From the NCBI RefSeq assembly GCF_001194135.2, contig NC_068983.1, positions 159,354,303-159,418,302 on the forward strand: a DNA stretch of 64,000 nucleotides, in the 5' to 3' direction. Made by a program: the position numbers and the translations under genes. Positions 50,296 to 64,000 of the stretch are shown in pieces (position 1 is the stretch's first letter; every line of letters begins with the position of its first letter). The notes beneath the pieces are model-generated. The model was given only the letters and a program-made list of their open reading frames with translations. It was not told the DNA's origin and did not search any database. The stretch is from Octopus bimaculoides. Lineage: Eukaryota.

Positions 50296-51027
50296 ATTCC
50301 TATGGCTATGTTGTCTATTTTCATGTAAACCACTATTCATTCTTATATTTTAGTGCATTCTGTTTTAATATTATATTTTATGCATATTTACAATGACTTG
50401 AAATGCGCACATTGTTATTTCGTTGCTTTTGTACTTGTGTAATTTTTTGCTACGTGAGAATTATTTTAAAACCACATATGAGTATGTTTTAGTGAACACT
50501 GCATTGATTTTCCTTTATGGGAGAGCATCAATATATGGTGCACTTTGGTAAGGAATAACATTTTATTAGACGTGAATTTCTGAGTGAGCGTACATATGAA
50601 GCTCCTATAGCGCATATGTTCGGAAAGAGCTTCCGTAATATTCACGTGTAAAGAGTGAACACTAAATTTAACAAAGACAGTATTTGCTCTTTGGACGTAG
50701 AAAATATTCACTAATGCCGAAGTAAGCATGAGAGCGAATGTATATTTATATAACTGCCTGCAATGTTATTTATAGTAGCGTTTATGAATCTCTTTCATGA
50801 TTGCTTCCGTTAGGAGTTTTGCTGTTTTATAATTTCCAGCAGAATTTTTCACTTGGTATTGTTCTTCTATCATTTTCTTATATATCTGCGTGTTTGACAC
50901 GATCTTCGTGTGCAAGCAGATTAGTTGTTTGTCTGTGTGAAATGGAGGTGATCAAGAAACAAAGTGAACAAACACATATGTTACTGGAATATAAATGGAA
51001 AAAAAATAGTGCATACCAGAAAAAAAG

Positions 51028-51067
<40 letters not shown>

Positions 51068-51095
51068 AGAGAGGGAGAGAAAGAGAGATAGATAG

Positions 51096-51152
<57 letters not shown>

Positions 51153-52640
51153 TGGAGAGAGAGATGGAGAGAGAGAGATGGGGAGAGAGAGGGGGAGAGA
51201 GAGGAATGGAGTGGAGTGGAAGACACACGTCAAGAAACATTTCAAGACTGAAAGGTAATTTTGACTGCGAATCTTCTTCAGTATAAATGAAGTCAACCAA
51301 GCAATCGACTAGAATCCACATGAAGATTATCTTTACTGAGTAGAAAGTTGGTTCGCTTAGAAAGCCTGTGCTCAATGCCTGTCTTGTAGAAGATCAGTTT
51401 GTCTGCGAATTTTATCAAAATCATGAATTGTAAATATATTTTATAAAATAAATAAATAATGAGAGAAATGAGTGCAGGGGAAGTTTTGAAAATTTTATTT
51501 GATTATATGTTTAAGTCTGTGTTGTTTACATTTCAACGTACATTTAGAATTCCCGAACAAATAAAACAGCCTTCGTATGCTAACCCTTGCCTTCAATTTA
51601 TCAATAAGTTTTTCCAATGTTTCTCCGAAATGCACTATCAATTGTACTTAATGGCTAGGCTGATTGATAGGTACATAAAAGTTGTCTTCGTACTTTTGTG
51701 AATGAATAGAATTCTATAACGAGGAAAAAAATATTAATGTTCTCATGAGACTGGCTTGTTTGATTTACAGAAAGTAACAGTAGGGCGTGCATTTAAAGAA
51801 TCGAGAAATAGCTTATTTTGGAATCTACTGAGAAAGAAAATAAATTACTTTTTCAAGAACATGAAATATGTTAGCTCTACGAATCAATGTTGTCAGAGTT
51901 AATAGTAAGCTTGATCAATGGAAAAACAAAAAAAAATATATAAAATATATAAAAGAATAATTTGCTGCAGTTGAAGACAAATAAGTACACCTTAACATGT
52001 TGATTTGCTTACTGAAAAGTATAACGGTCGCAGAAGAGAATGAAAGCAGTGTTGTTAAAAGAACAGTTAAGATTGAAGGTTTTTCTACTTATAAAGTAAG
52101 AATAGTCGTTAGACAGGTGACTATTGAAGGATTTCTAATAGGACACCGAATTTAAATTTGAAATGTTTTCTTTTCTGAGTATGGAACAAAAAGTGAAATG
52201 GTTATTTTACAGGACAATAAAAAGAACTATGCCATTTATAACAACGTGGAAATCTAATGACAAATGATATTCAGTCACTCTGAAAGAAGAATGTAAGAAT
52301 TGATTATCATAGATAAATTAATTTGAAAGATATATGTTCGGAAAGTTTCGAAAAGAAACAATTTATCCCGCATCTGAAATCTAATTAATTAGGAGTCCGA
52401 TGATATCATGGCAAAAATTATTCTTATATTGATATATCAAAATACCACGAACTGAAACCACTAGAACATTGCTAATCTCATCTAAAGCTAAATCAGACCA
52501 TCTATATATTGATTAATGGACTATTTTTCAACTAAAACCTTCACAAACTTTACAAATACTAAGCATTCTTTCCCCAACTACACCTCATAACAACTGTATG
52601 CATGTATGTATGTGTGTACGTATGTATGTATGTATGTATG

Positions 52641-52698
<58 letters not shown>

Positions 52699-54749
52699 CC
52701 TATCTACCTACCTACCTACCTACCTCAAACAAAACTACATTGCAAAGACCACTACTCCAACTCTCAAGTTTCTGACATTCTTCATGGTATAAACCACTCT
52801 ATATGGACGCTGAGGTATGACTCGACATATAGAATCATACTTCTCATCTATTTGGGAACAGAACAGCTGCTACACGGATATAAATTCTATACATCATCAA
52901 AAAACGGCGCTATATTGCTGAATGTTTCATCTCCAGACACTGTTACACTATTACTTAGACATTGAGACACTTTTCCTTCCCTTGCTTCTTCTATTATTAT
53001 TTTACCAGCTCCTCTACATTTAGCAAGAAATTAATCTTTCCTCCGACTCACCAAATTTGCCCACTTCACCTCTTCTTTCAACCTCCTTATTATATGTTAT
53101 CCACTGCCCTGTAATAAACAGATTAATTATGCCTTTTCAGAACTGCAATCCCCTAGAACACATTGACTCCCATCAAGTTTTCCCCGTAGACATCGGTCTA
53201 AAGGATATAAAGCTAAAACTATATCGATTTAATAATCTGGAAATAAATGCAAAGGCTTTCGGACTGAAATTTTAAAAGCATTTTTAACTGGGAGAAGGTT
53301 ATAGTTAACATCAGTTCTCTTGAGATGGGAATATTTTTGCTATAAACTCATTTTAAAACAATTGTATGTTTCACTCCGGTGAAATACTATGAACTCTAGA
53401 GTTTGATAATCGATCGGATCAATATAATATATGACCATTTAAAATATATTTTGTTCCAACTACCATGCTATCAAGATTTTACAAAATGTCGAGTTATACC
53501 TCAGCGTGTAATGGTTAATATCTTGACTAGAAGTTATACAACTCCTCAACGTCAATAATTGACAACTGTTTAGCTTCATTTTAGAATAATTCCAGATTCC
53601 TGTAGATTTTTGTCTGAAAGATGGTTATCAATACTAGTTAATTACAACAGATTGTTACCAGTAAATTGATTAATGCCATTTAGCGATTTTAACTAATTCG
53701 AATTAGTTGATATTTTCTGAAATTATAGAGAAAAACATGCATCTTAATTAACAACAGATTATTTAAATAAGAGTGGGCATAGAAATAGTGTTGAGTAAAC
53801 CAATATATCAAACTGGAAAAAATTTGATGACTGATCCCAATCAGAAAATTAATGAGTGTGGTTCAAATTTGAGATATTTGCCTGAAGTTAGTTTTCAATG
53901 ATAACAACATACGCATTTATAGACACTCCTTCGTAAAACTAACAGTTGCTGATCAGCAAATAAAATCTAAAACTAAGTAATATAACTTGAAAGTAAATTT
54001 AGTTTCAATAAATAGTAGTCTGATGTATCAGCAGCAGTAGCTGCAGAACAAGCAGAAAAATAAATTGTAACAAAAACGGTACTGCTTAATATTGGTGACA
54101 GGGAAGGCAAGCATTTTTCCTGTATAAACCAATGCATTGTTATATGCGTACACATATTTATATACACACATAATATGGTCCAGTGAATTTGCCAAACTAT
54201 CGGTGACCTTATTACCGACAGCTTGGCATGACCACTTTGTAAAGCACTGAACTATTCCAACATCTGTCTTCAACAAGGCATCTCTTGATACGGGGTTGGA
54301 GTCATGCCAATATAATAACACTGTTTTATCAAGTTATCAATAGGTATGCAGCCATATAGAATATATTCGCCTGTTATGAAGTTATAAATATTGGACTTAA
54401 ATATATAGTGCATATAAAGCTTCCTTGTCACACGTACATCTATTTGTTGGACTTCTTAAAATAATAGCAACAATTTATGGATGAACGTGCTTCTTAATTT
54501 TGACGCATGAACTTTTCTAAAGACAATTGCTTAATAATATTTTCGTTTTATTATAAGTAATTTCAAAGATGTAGATGGATATAACCAACAGAAAATAATT
54601 CAATTGAAATTTGTTTGATGTAAGTAGTTTTTCTTGGGGTTGAAACCCATTAAATCCAATCTCAAATAAAGTGTCACTGTAGTCGTTTCTGTGAATACAA
54701 TCTGCGATTTAGGTTTGATTTTTTAGTTGGGACGATATCTATCTACACG

Positions 54750-55019
54750 AGTCAACAGTTGAAAATTTACGTTTTTCTATCGACTTGCTAGAAATAGCAG
54801 AAAAATCTCAGTCAAATGACACCAAAGTGTCTTTTCTACTCTAGGCACAAGGCCCGAAGCTTTTTGGGGAGGGAGCCAGTTGGTACTTAATTTATCGACC
54901 CCGAAAGGATAAAAGGCAAAATCAACCTCGGCGGAATTTGAACACAGAACGTAAAGACAGACGAAATAACGCTAAGCATTTCGCCCGGCGTGCTAACATT
55001 TCTGCCAGCTCGCCGCCTT
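54750..55019 (-). mobile_element. SINE family 3 copy
   Basis: Reverse complement of aaggcggcgagctggcagaaatgttagcacgccgggcgaaatgcttagc...gttcaaattccgccgagg...ggggtcgataaattaagtacc. Confidence 0.88.
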
Positions 55020-55398
55020 AGGATATCAAACTGTCTGAAAAGAGACGGGTATTGCATAATGTCTTCCTCGTTACACAGTGTCTGGGAAAAGGACAGGATA
55101 ATTCGAAATAGAACGCCATTGATCAGTGGCGTGCTTTTGAAACCTGCATTAAGCAGTAAATATGATAAAATAATATGGACAAATACAGTGATTTATACTG
55201 TGCTGTATATTATAACATCTCTAAAGTTATATGATTTTTCATCACCCTGATAAAGTGCCGTATAGATTTGGAGAGGGGAAGAAGTCCATAAAAAAACAAA
55301 CTATAAAAATAACAAAGCAAAAGAAAAACATGTCTTGCAGAATCGCTTCCTAGCGTAATCAACCGCTAAAAAATAATATCAGCTGTTATCATTTAGTC

Positions 55399-55652
55399 CA
55401 GCGTTTCTCAACCATTTTTCTTATCTGTGGACCACTCCGATTCCTATTTTACTGAGACGGAGCCTCCTAACGATTAAAAGTTTAAAAAATCCTATAATAT
55501 TTTTATAACTAAATATTATTAGGAATTATATAAAAAATTAAAATATTTTTTGCATTGTAGAAGTATCACCTGTTTATTTGCAGATAAGTTTTAGCAACAA
55601 AAATTTAATATGGACCTCCAAGGGCCATATGGACCCCGTTTGAGAACCACTG
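55399..55652. mobile_element. hAT (Charlie-like) MITE
   Basis: TIRs cagcgtttctcaacc / gtttgagaaccactg; flanking 8-mers atttagtc and atttaagc (6/8 match). Confidence 0.7.
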
Positions 55653-55739
55653 ATTTAAGCCTTATAACGTAGATTATTAATTTAAACGCTACCGAGCCAT
55701 CAATAATTACCGCTTCAATTTTTAGGATAAAGCCAGCAA

Positions 55740-56690
55740 TTTTGGAGTTAAATTGATGAAGTCGAACCCAGCGTTCAGTTGGTACTTATTTCATTTATTC
55801 TGAAAAGATGAACAGAAAAGTCAGCCAGCGCAATTTGAACTCAAAACGTAATGAAATGCCGCTAAACCTTTTATCCAGTGTGGTAATGATTCCGGAGCTC
55901 ATCACCTTCGAGCCTTCATTCATAATGATACATGTGTAATGCATATTTCCGTCTGTAAATCGTCCGGCATTTTTCAATGCTACCGGTGTATAATTTGCTA
56001 TTATAGAATCAAATCAAATATAGGAAATTTGCTCCCTGAAAACGGTATATATAAACTTACATAGTGAACTGTACAACATAATTTTAAAAATGAGAAATCT
56101 GATCTAACTACATTGACTGAAAACTGATTCTCAGAAAAATGGATATAGAATGGTCAAATTATTTGTTTATGAAGAATTATTTTTTATCTATATCAAAGCG
56201 GTGCTTTGGCAAAATCTTTAGTGCATCGAACAAACTTCTTTACAGTATTTCTTTCGGAACTTAATCTTCTGAGTTCAAATCTTGCCGAAGTTAACTTTGC
56301 CTTTCGTCTTTCCGGAGTCGAGAAAATAAGTATCAGTGATTCACTGGGGTTGATATTATTGAATAACGCACTCTTATAAAGTTGGTTGGTTTTGTGCCCA
56401 AAACTAAAACAATTTAGTGCGGTGAACTGTCAGAATCATTAGCATGCCGAGCAAAATACTTAGCAGGATTTCTTCCGGCTTTCCATTCCGAGTTTAATTG
56501 CTGTCGAGATCGACTTTCCCTTTCATTTTCACAGGATCGATAAAATAAAGTAGCATCTGAAAACTGAGTTCGATATAATCGACTTCTCCCTCCTCTCAAA
56601 ATTGTTGGCCTTGTGCCAATATTTGAAACCGTTATTTTACTGATATCATATGGTTGGTGACTAGATTCAAATTCGCAACGATCTACAACC
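55740..56690. mobile_element. Cluster of old SINE family 3-related fragments
   Basis: Diverged gagttcaaat...actttgcctttc...gataaaataagta segments at ~55740-55870 (-), 56240-56360 (+) and 56415-56690 (+). Confidence 0.55.
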
Positions 56691-56924
56691 ATATTCAGTG
56701 GTACCACATTAAGACGCTAGTTTAGTTTTAAAAATTCAGGTGTCCCTAAAACGATGTAGCATACGCTCCCAGGCTAGTTTCGGGAAAACATTTGTTGTGG
56801 TGATAGACTGTACCACCCCTTTGTGATTAAAAGGTGGACTTGTCGAACTCTTATAAAGAGTAACGTGTCTCCTTGAGATAGAGGAAGGCATTAGAGTCGC
56901 GCGTGTTGGTAGTGGGAAATTATG

Positions 56925-57920
56925 ACTCACCTGGCAAACCTCTTAATGTCGGAGTTGCCGTTATATTTTGACCCGAATTTAGGAATAGTAGTGGCATCAG
57001 AAACTAGTAAAAGTAGTATTGGGGCTGTGATTTTACACAAATATGAAGGTTGCATACTGAAAGCTGTAGCTCATGCTTCGCGTTCATTATTGCTGGTTGA
57101 GAAAAGTTACAGTTAAATAGAGAATGAAAAGAAATTCCATAAATTTATACATAGTAGAAGATTCCGTTTGCGGATAAACCACCGCCTATTATTCTCGATC
57201 TATGGTTAAAAAAAGGTACTCCTACACATACAACCAACAGATTTCAGAGCTGGGTAACGATCCTACTGAATTATGACTTCAAGATGGAGTATTTAACACC
57301 TAAAAAGTTGGGACATGTAGATGGTTAACCATTAGAAAACACAGTGATAGCGGCTTTAAGAGCCAAAAATGAATAAAAAGTATATTGTACAACGTTGTGC
57401 GTGAATTGTCTGTCATATTGGAGGAAATTAAAATTAAAGCAAAGGTGGACGAGTTTATCGTGAAAATGAAAAAAAAAATAGTGCGATCAAAAGAAACAAA
57501 TAAAGAAATACGTGTTGCTGTGCTGGACAAAACACAGTTTCGAACTTGTATTCGATATGTGATAATGTGCTTATATGTGATAATGTGCTTATATGTGATA
57601 ATGTGCTTATATATGCACAGAGGGACGTAATTCCTATCTCGTTACAAAATCGAATGTCAAAGGAATTCCCCGCTGGATATCCAGGAATTTCTAGGATGAA
57701 GTTACTTATAAGGAGTTATATTTACTAGCCAGAAATGGCTCTAAATATTGAGAAGTTGGTAAAATCCTGTAGAAGTTGTGCTCTTGCAGCGAAATCACCA
57801 CCTAAAAAATTTGAACCTTGGCCCATGGCTGGTCCATGGACCAGGCTAGACAAAGACTTTGTAGGACTATTAAACGGATCATATTATCTAATAGTGGTAA
57901 AAGATTCGAAATGGGAACAT
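56925..57920 (+). mobile_element. Gypsy/Ty3 LTR-retrotransposon pol remnant (RNase H and integrase N-terminus)
   Basis: YFDPNLGIVVASETS...IGAVI...VAHASRSL...EKSYS, LLNYDFKMEY...GHVDG, GYPGISRMK...IEKLVKSCRSCA...PWTRL..DFVG. Confidence 0.85.
57555..57608. repeat. 18 bp tandem repeat x3 (atatgtgataatgtgctt)
   Basis: Three exact adjacent copies inside the Gypsy remnant. Confidence 0.95.
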
Positions 57921-58104
57921 AATGTGAATGCGTTGCTTTACTCCCGTTTCGTTAAAACCATATACATCCGCAACCAAGGATATAAAAACATTTATCTGGA
58001 GAAGACTCAGAGTAGCAGAGTGGGATTTAAATTTCTTCATTAATTCTGGTGATCCAGTATGCTCTGCAATAAACTGGGACTTCCTTATATAGTCGCAACC
58101 AAGA

Positions 58105-58141
<37 letters not shown>

Positions 58142-59231
58142 CTTCATAGTTTTATGGCTACTAATTGATTGCATAATCTCGTTTGATTAAAAATCTTCAA
58201 GTCATTTTATTGGGTATTTGAGATCGTACATTACTTGTATTTAGTATGCGCAACAATGCTCCTGAGTTATTTTCTCAGCCATATTGTAAGTAGGTATCAT
58301 TTTAAGATAGAGCTCCCTACCGACTGTAAGCAGCTGTAATATTTATGGGAGTTTTGAAGATTTCTCTGCCAATCTGAAATTTTACTACTGGTACAAGTAT
58401 GTGAGATGCTTCTGAAAAGTCAATGAGGATAAAAGACCCCAACTGATGGATGCATCTGACTAGGAAAAGCCATAGAAGCTGGCTTTGTTTCTTATCACAA
58501 CATTCATCGAGTGTTATATATATTGTTAAACAATATGAAGCGGAATCGATCTTCACAGGTTTATTACGAATTTTGTACAGCAAATGGGAAGAATGTAAGA
58601 AGGTTCAATTGGAATGAGTTAGGAGTTGAAGACAAGGAATTTTAAGTAGGAATGGAATTTAAAACCATTTAGTTGAATCTATAAATATTGTAAAAATACG
58701 TGTCCATAAGTGCATGAATGTGTGTTTGGCGTATGTATAGGTTATGTGCTTTAGGTGTGTATAGCTTAGAAAATACACATACTACATACACACTAATAAA
58801 TATACACATGATAACACACATGCTTACACTAATAGATATACACATTATAATACACAAGCTCGCACTATATTCTCTCAATTGTCTTTTCCGTTACTATAAG
58901 GTTTCTACTATTTAAACTTTTAAATTAAATGGTAGTGTTACAGCATACATAAGCACACACATACATGCATACGTGTGCACATATATATGTCTGTGTGTGA
59001 GTGTGTGAGTATGTGTGTGTATGTAAGTGTATATGTGAGTGTACATACGTGCGTGTGTGTGTGTGGATATGTGTGTGTACATATAAAAGTAAAATATAGC
59101 ACAGGAGTGTGACAAAACAGAAAATGGGGAAAAATTACAGTGGACGAAGACACTCAATTTCACAGTTGTCAACCAAAAGTCATTACAATTTCAACACCTA
59201 TATACATATATATATACACACACACACACAC

Positions 59232-59280
<49 letters not shown>

Positions 59281-62200
59281 TGTATGTATGTATGTGCGTG
59301 TGGGTGTGGGTGTCTTTAATGATTTACTTTGATTATAAGTATCCAATATAAGATATACTTCGATCTCAGTACGCTTGCACATTTTAGTAATCAGTTAATG
59401 ATCCGGATGATCATTTCTTATCACATGCAAACAAATAGCTGTGGTTAAATTTTTTGCGTTTTATTTTAATTAAAATGGTTTTATTGGCTTCTAGGTTGGA
59501 GTTTAACTGCAATTTTTGTGTTTGTATTAAAAATGGACGTATTTGTTTCTGGATAGTGAGCCAGTCTACTGGAAATAATTTAGATAGCGAGAAAAACTAT
59601 AGCATTATATCGTACTTGCATAATTCATGGTATACCGTGAAGTAGGTTCAAAAGGTTTGGTTTGCCTACACTCTCCTCTGTATAAAACAGAAACAGATAA
59701 ATAAAATATTCTATGTATTTTTTCTGAACTTTAAAAAATTCTCTACACTGTCTTGAAAATAGGAAGATCTCTTGAGATTTGAAGTTAAGTGTTGTTTTAC
59801 AGTATAAATATAAATAGATCACAATAATAGCGGGAAAGACAACAGCTAGAATTGTCGTCCACCGAGCTAAATATTTGCTGATAAGGCGCCAACTAAACAA
59901 AACAATACTAAAACAGCCAGATATATGAAGAGAAAATAATTTTTCCTTGGAAAACGTCTTATATGTTCATTTTTAATATATTTTACCGCACATCCGTTAT
60001 GAATATGAGATATTGTACCTCTGTAAAAATCAATGTATTTTATCTAATATTTCTCATATTTTCTTTTCGTATATTGTTTTCCAAAGTCCATGTTATTGAC
60101 GTTTGAAACCTGTGATTTCATATGCAGCATAAGACGTCTGTGAAGGTTGATATTTTTTGTGATGTCTATTAATTTAAAGAAAAATATTTACTATAGGCTG
60201 TTATGAAAAGTGTGATGATTGGCAGAAAGCATTAGTGGAGAAATATTAATGCATTCTCCATGTTTGTGCGTTGGGGGTTAGAGTTTATTTAGTTACGATT
60301 ATCTCGAAAGATAAGCGTAGTGTTTTTTTTTTGTGACGGTTCCATAAAGATTGATTGTGCAAAACATTGGTGTTCGCATATGATTCTGTGCATTATATTT
60401 TTAAAAGAGTCCAATGCAACTATTGCTTATTGTAGTGACATATTATACTACAAAATTCATTTAACTATCATTTTTCACTGCAACTCTAGTTACTATATGC
60501 ACAGTTCTCGGGAAAAAAGAAAGCAAAACGAAATAGACTGCAAACTGGCTGATGAAGTTGCCATGGTTTCTCTACTTAAGTGCACGCTGGATTATTTATA
60601 CGTGGCAGTCGTAATTTATATAAAGGAAAACAGAGTAGTTTCTACATGGGTTATATTATTTCTTTCATAAAATCTCGCATGACTGCACAAAAAAGTCATT
60701 GGATGCTTAATGAATTACTTCACTCGGAAAGAAAAATTATCGTATTCGAGATAAACAGAAAATTGTTTATTACCTTTTTCAGAATTAGTTTCGAAAATGT
60801 AAACATAGCAAAGGTTAAAAACATAAAAATAAATTATTTACGCCTGTTTTATCAAAACATTAAGGTACACACACACACACACACACANNNNNNNNNNCAC
60901 ACACATACACACACACACGCACACACACACACATCTATAAGCATTGTAATAGTCAATATATTCATAGTTTCCATTATTGAAATCTCTTATTTGTGAATCT
61001 GTTTCTCCCTGATGAGAAAACCTAAAGCAAATTAACATATACATTACCGAGAATAGGACAAAAGGAAATTAAAAGACCTAGTATTCAGCAACATGACACT
61101 TCAGATAATAAATATGAAGCAGTTAATTTTAAAAAGAAACTATCATTTATAAAGTATTATCTATCATTAGAGGATAATTTGGAGATTCGGTTTACTTGTA
61201 AATTGTCGGGGCACATTCTCTAATCTAACTGACACCCACATGAGCAATAACAAGCGAGTAGATTACCGAAAGACAGACCGATGTGTCTATCTTTTACAGT
61301 TTCTTGACAGGTAGGACTTACTCGTATTAGCAAACAACACAAGAAACCAGCCGGTGACCATTGATTTCCAGATTTATTCGCTGCAGGATTCCTCATGTCA
61401 ATCAGAAACTATTCTGCAGCTTGCTTTCCCATTTCATTTCTTCACCACTATGAATCTCAAACACATTATAGAAATTTAAAACCAAAAGTAAAGGAAATTA
61501 AGCAGGGTACTTCTTATCGTTAACAAGCTTCATCTCTGGCAGCAACACTACAAATCATCTATTTCATTGCAAGTTTGTATCGTCTTCTTATTCTTGATGT
61601 AAATCTCTTATTATATATTTTTCACACATGTCACTTCCCATTAGTCAAACTCCTCCTTTTAGAATATAGAAATCGTAATGTCTCTGCAAAATTTTCATAT
61701 TTATTTAAATATTACGGCACACTTTGCAAATGGTTTATATGTTTTTGAATAATCTTTTATCGAAGTCTAAACCCATTTTTCCGTTTTGCAAATGTTTTCG
61801 AATCACTTCAAATTTGTAAAGAGTATATATTCTCTTACTTCCTCTACATCAGTTGCACACTCACAAACACACCCACAAATACGTGCAGACATCTACAGAC
61901 ACTCGCCGCGTAAAATCATCATAGATAAAAGGAACCTCCGTCAGTTTCGATGACAATAATTTCAATAGTTTAAACAAGTGAACAATCTACTCATATTTCA
62001 TTTCAAGAGGCTGAGCGTTCCACAAAGATGCATATGCTTAATGTCATTCTCGGGTAGGCTCCATGACCTCCAAAATACAGAATATGGCATAGTTAGCGTT
62101 CATCTGGTCGATATCAATAGTGTAAATAAATGATTATTTTACAAATATCTTTACTTTTTAGAAATCATCCGACAGCATCCACGTGGCTCAATGTATAATA

Positions 62201-62367
62201 AGGCTGGCTCTTCGAAGTATATACATAGTCTATTTGACGGGCTTTTAAGCACTTTTCCGGTGTCGTTTTTATTTACGAGACTTGATACGAGGCTACAGTT
62301 AAGTAACTGTCACTCTCACTCTATAGTCACGCGCACACACAGACACACATACACACAGACACACGCG

Positions 62368-62426
<59 letters not shown>

Positions 62427-63514
62427 NNNNNNNNNNNNNNNNNNNNNNNNNNNNNNNNNNNNNNNNNNNNNNNNNNNNNNNNNNNNNNNNNNNNNNNNNN
62501 NNNNNNNNNNNNNNNNNNNNNNNNNNNNNNNNNNNNNNNNNNNNNNNNNNNNNNNNNNNNNNNNNNNNNNNNNNNNNNNNNNNNNNNNNNNNNNNNNNNN
62601 NNNNNNNNNNNNNNNNNNNNNNNNNNNNNNNNNNNNNNNNNNNNNNNNNNNNNNNNNNNNNNNNNNNNNNNNNNNNNNNNNNNNNNNNNNNNNNNNNNNN
62701 NNNNNNNNNNNNNNNNNNNNNNNNNNNNNNNNNNNNNNNNNNNNNNNNNNNNNNNNNNNNNNNNNNNNNNNNNNNNNNNNNNNNNNNNNNNNNNNNNNNN
62801 NNNNNNNNNNNNNNNNNNNNNNNNNNNNNNNNNNNNNNNNNNNNNNNNNNNNNNNNNNNNNNNNNNNNNNNNNNNNNNNNNNNNNNNNNNNNNNNNNNNN
62901 NNNNNNNNNNNNNNNNNNNNNNNNNNNNNNNNNNNNNAAAAACAAAAGACGATGACAGGTGTTATGAACAACGAGCAAGTGTATTAGTTTGACACTCGGG
63001 AAAGTGAGAAAGTATTCTACGCTTCGAGCCTATGCTCTTCAGCAGAAAGGAATAAGAGAAAATAAACTGAGAATATAAAAAAAACTTGTGGATTTAGAGG
63101 TCAAGGATGGCGACTAGCTGGAAAAAAAGATTTGATAGAAGAGGTAGAAAGAAGAGATAATAAAGTATTGGTGATTCCAAAATGAAGATGCACATTTGTG
63201 TGTGCATGTGAGAATGTGTAAGTGTGTGTGTGTGTGGATAGGGGCTAGTGACTTTGAGGTGTGTTGATGTGTGCGTCTGTAATATGTGGGTGTGCGGATG
63301 ATGGTGTGTAGGTGTGCAGATGATGGTGTGGGTGCTGGGAAGTGGTCAGTGCTAGTGTGTGTGAAGTGGTGTGGGGTGGTGTGATGTGATGTGGTGGTGT
63401 GATGTGATGTGGTGGTGTATTATGTGGTGTGGGGATGTGGTGGTAGGGGTGTACTGGTGTGAAATGGGGATGTGGATGTGGGGTGGAGGTGGAAGAAGTA
63501 TCAGTGAAGAAAGA

Positions 63515-63632
63515 AGGTAGGTAGGAGTGAAGAGAGGAAGTTGGTGTCAAAGGAAGAGAGGAGAGGTAGGTAGGAGTGAAGAGAGGAAGTTGGTGTCAAA
63601 GGAAGAGAGGAGAGGTAGGTAGGAGTGAAGAG
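63515..63632. repeat. 49 bp purine-rich tandem repeat x2.4, preceded by GTG/GAT low-complexity sequence
   Basis: Units start at 63515, 63564 and 63613. Confidence 0.9.
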
Positions 63633-63794
63633 AAACAGTAGGTGTCAGATGAAGAAAAGAGAAGAGGGGAGTCAGATGAAGAAAGGAGGGGAGTTGAGCC
63701 CATGTGGCGCAAAGGAGCGAAGAGAGAAGATTAATTCCTGTTCACGGCGAAGACGGGAGTCCGGATGGCCACTGTGCAAAGACAATCCGAACGA

Positions 63795-64000
63795 AGGCGG
63801 TGAGCTGGCAGAAACGTTAGCACACCGGGCAAAATGCTTAGCGGTATTTCGTCTGCCATTACGTTCTGAGTTCAAATTCCGCCAAGGTAGGCTTTGCCTT
63901 TCATCCTTTCGGGGTCGATAAATTAAGTACCAGTTACGCACTGGGGTCGATGTAATCGACTTAATCCCTTTGTCTGTCCTTATTTGTTCCCTCTATGTTT
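63795..64000 (+). mobile_element. SINE family 3 copy, runs off the window end
   Basis: tRNA-like head, B-box-like gttcaaattcc, body and tail tttgtctgtccttatttgttccctctatg. Confidence 0.9.

Noticed and set aside
57555-57608. CRISPR-like or regulatory array
   Set aside because: Three adjacent identical 18-mers without spacers inside a Gypsy remnant; slippage duplication in a eukaryotic context.
58310-58580. LIDFSEA...ILV as an RT motif remnant (minus strand)
   Set aside because: Only one loose match to D+SKAFD; insufficient to annotate.
61322-61400. Minus-strand exon MVTGWFLVLFANT ending at a gtaagt donor
   Set aside because: A single donor hexamer with no independent support; expected by chance in AT-rich DNA.

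Overview
AT-rich, microsatellite-laden eukaryotic genomic DNA from a gappy short-read assembly; most N runs are flanked by microsatellites. The SINE families resemble those I recall from Octopus, so I infer a coleoid cephalopod. No intact long ORF is present, and most entries in the ORF track are microsatellite, gap or antisense artefacts. The window is dominated by transposon debris: at least four tRNA-headed SINE-like families, a ~5 kb TSD-bounded Tx1/L1-clade LINE plus a second Tx1-type ORF1 remnant, RTE, CR1 and R4-type LINE fragments, three different Penelope-like element (PLE) lineages, mariner and DD37D(maT)-type transposase remnants, hAT, foldback and Helentron-type non-autonomous elements, and a Gypsy pol remnant. 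A few short host exons and a possible bidirectional promoter near 23.8 kb are inferred from splice signals only. The most interesting signal is a ~270 bp unit (tRNA-like Pol III head, (AAT)n, then a minimal type I hammerhead ribozyme with a palindromic stem III). It sits directly behind a Penelope-type GIY-YIG ORF at 34.3-35.2 kb and also occurs without that ORF at 12.4-13.4 kb, which suggests a tRNA-headed, ribozyme-carrying PLE terminal repeat or SINE. All family assignments come from recognising motifs by eye; no database search or folding program was run, and many boundaries are approximate.
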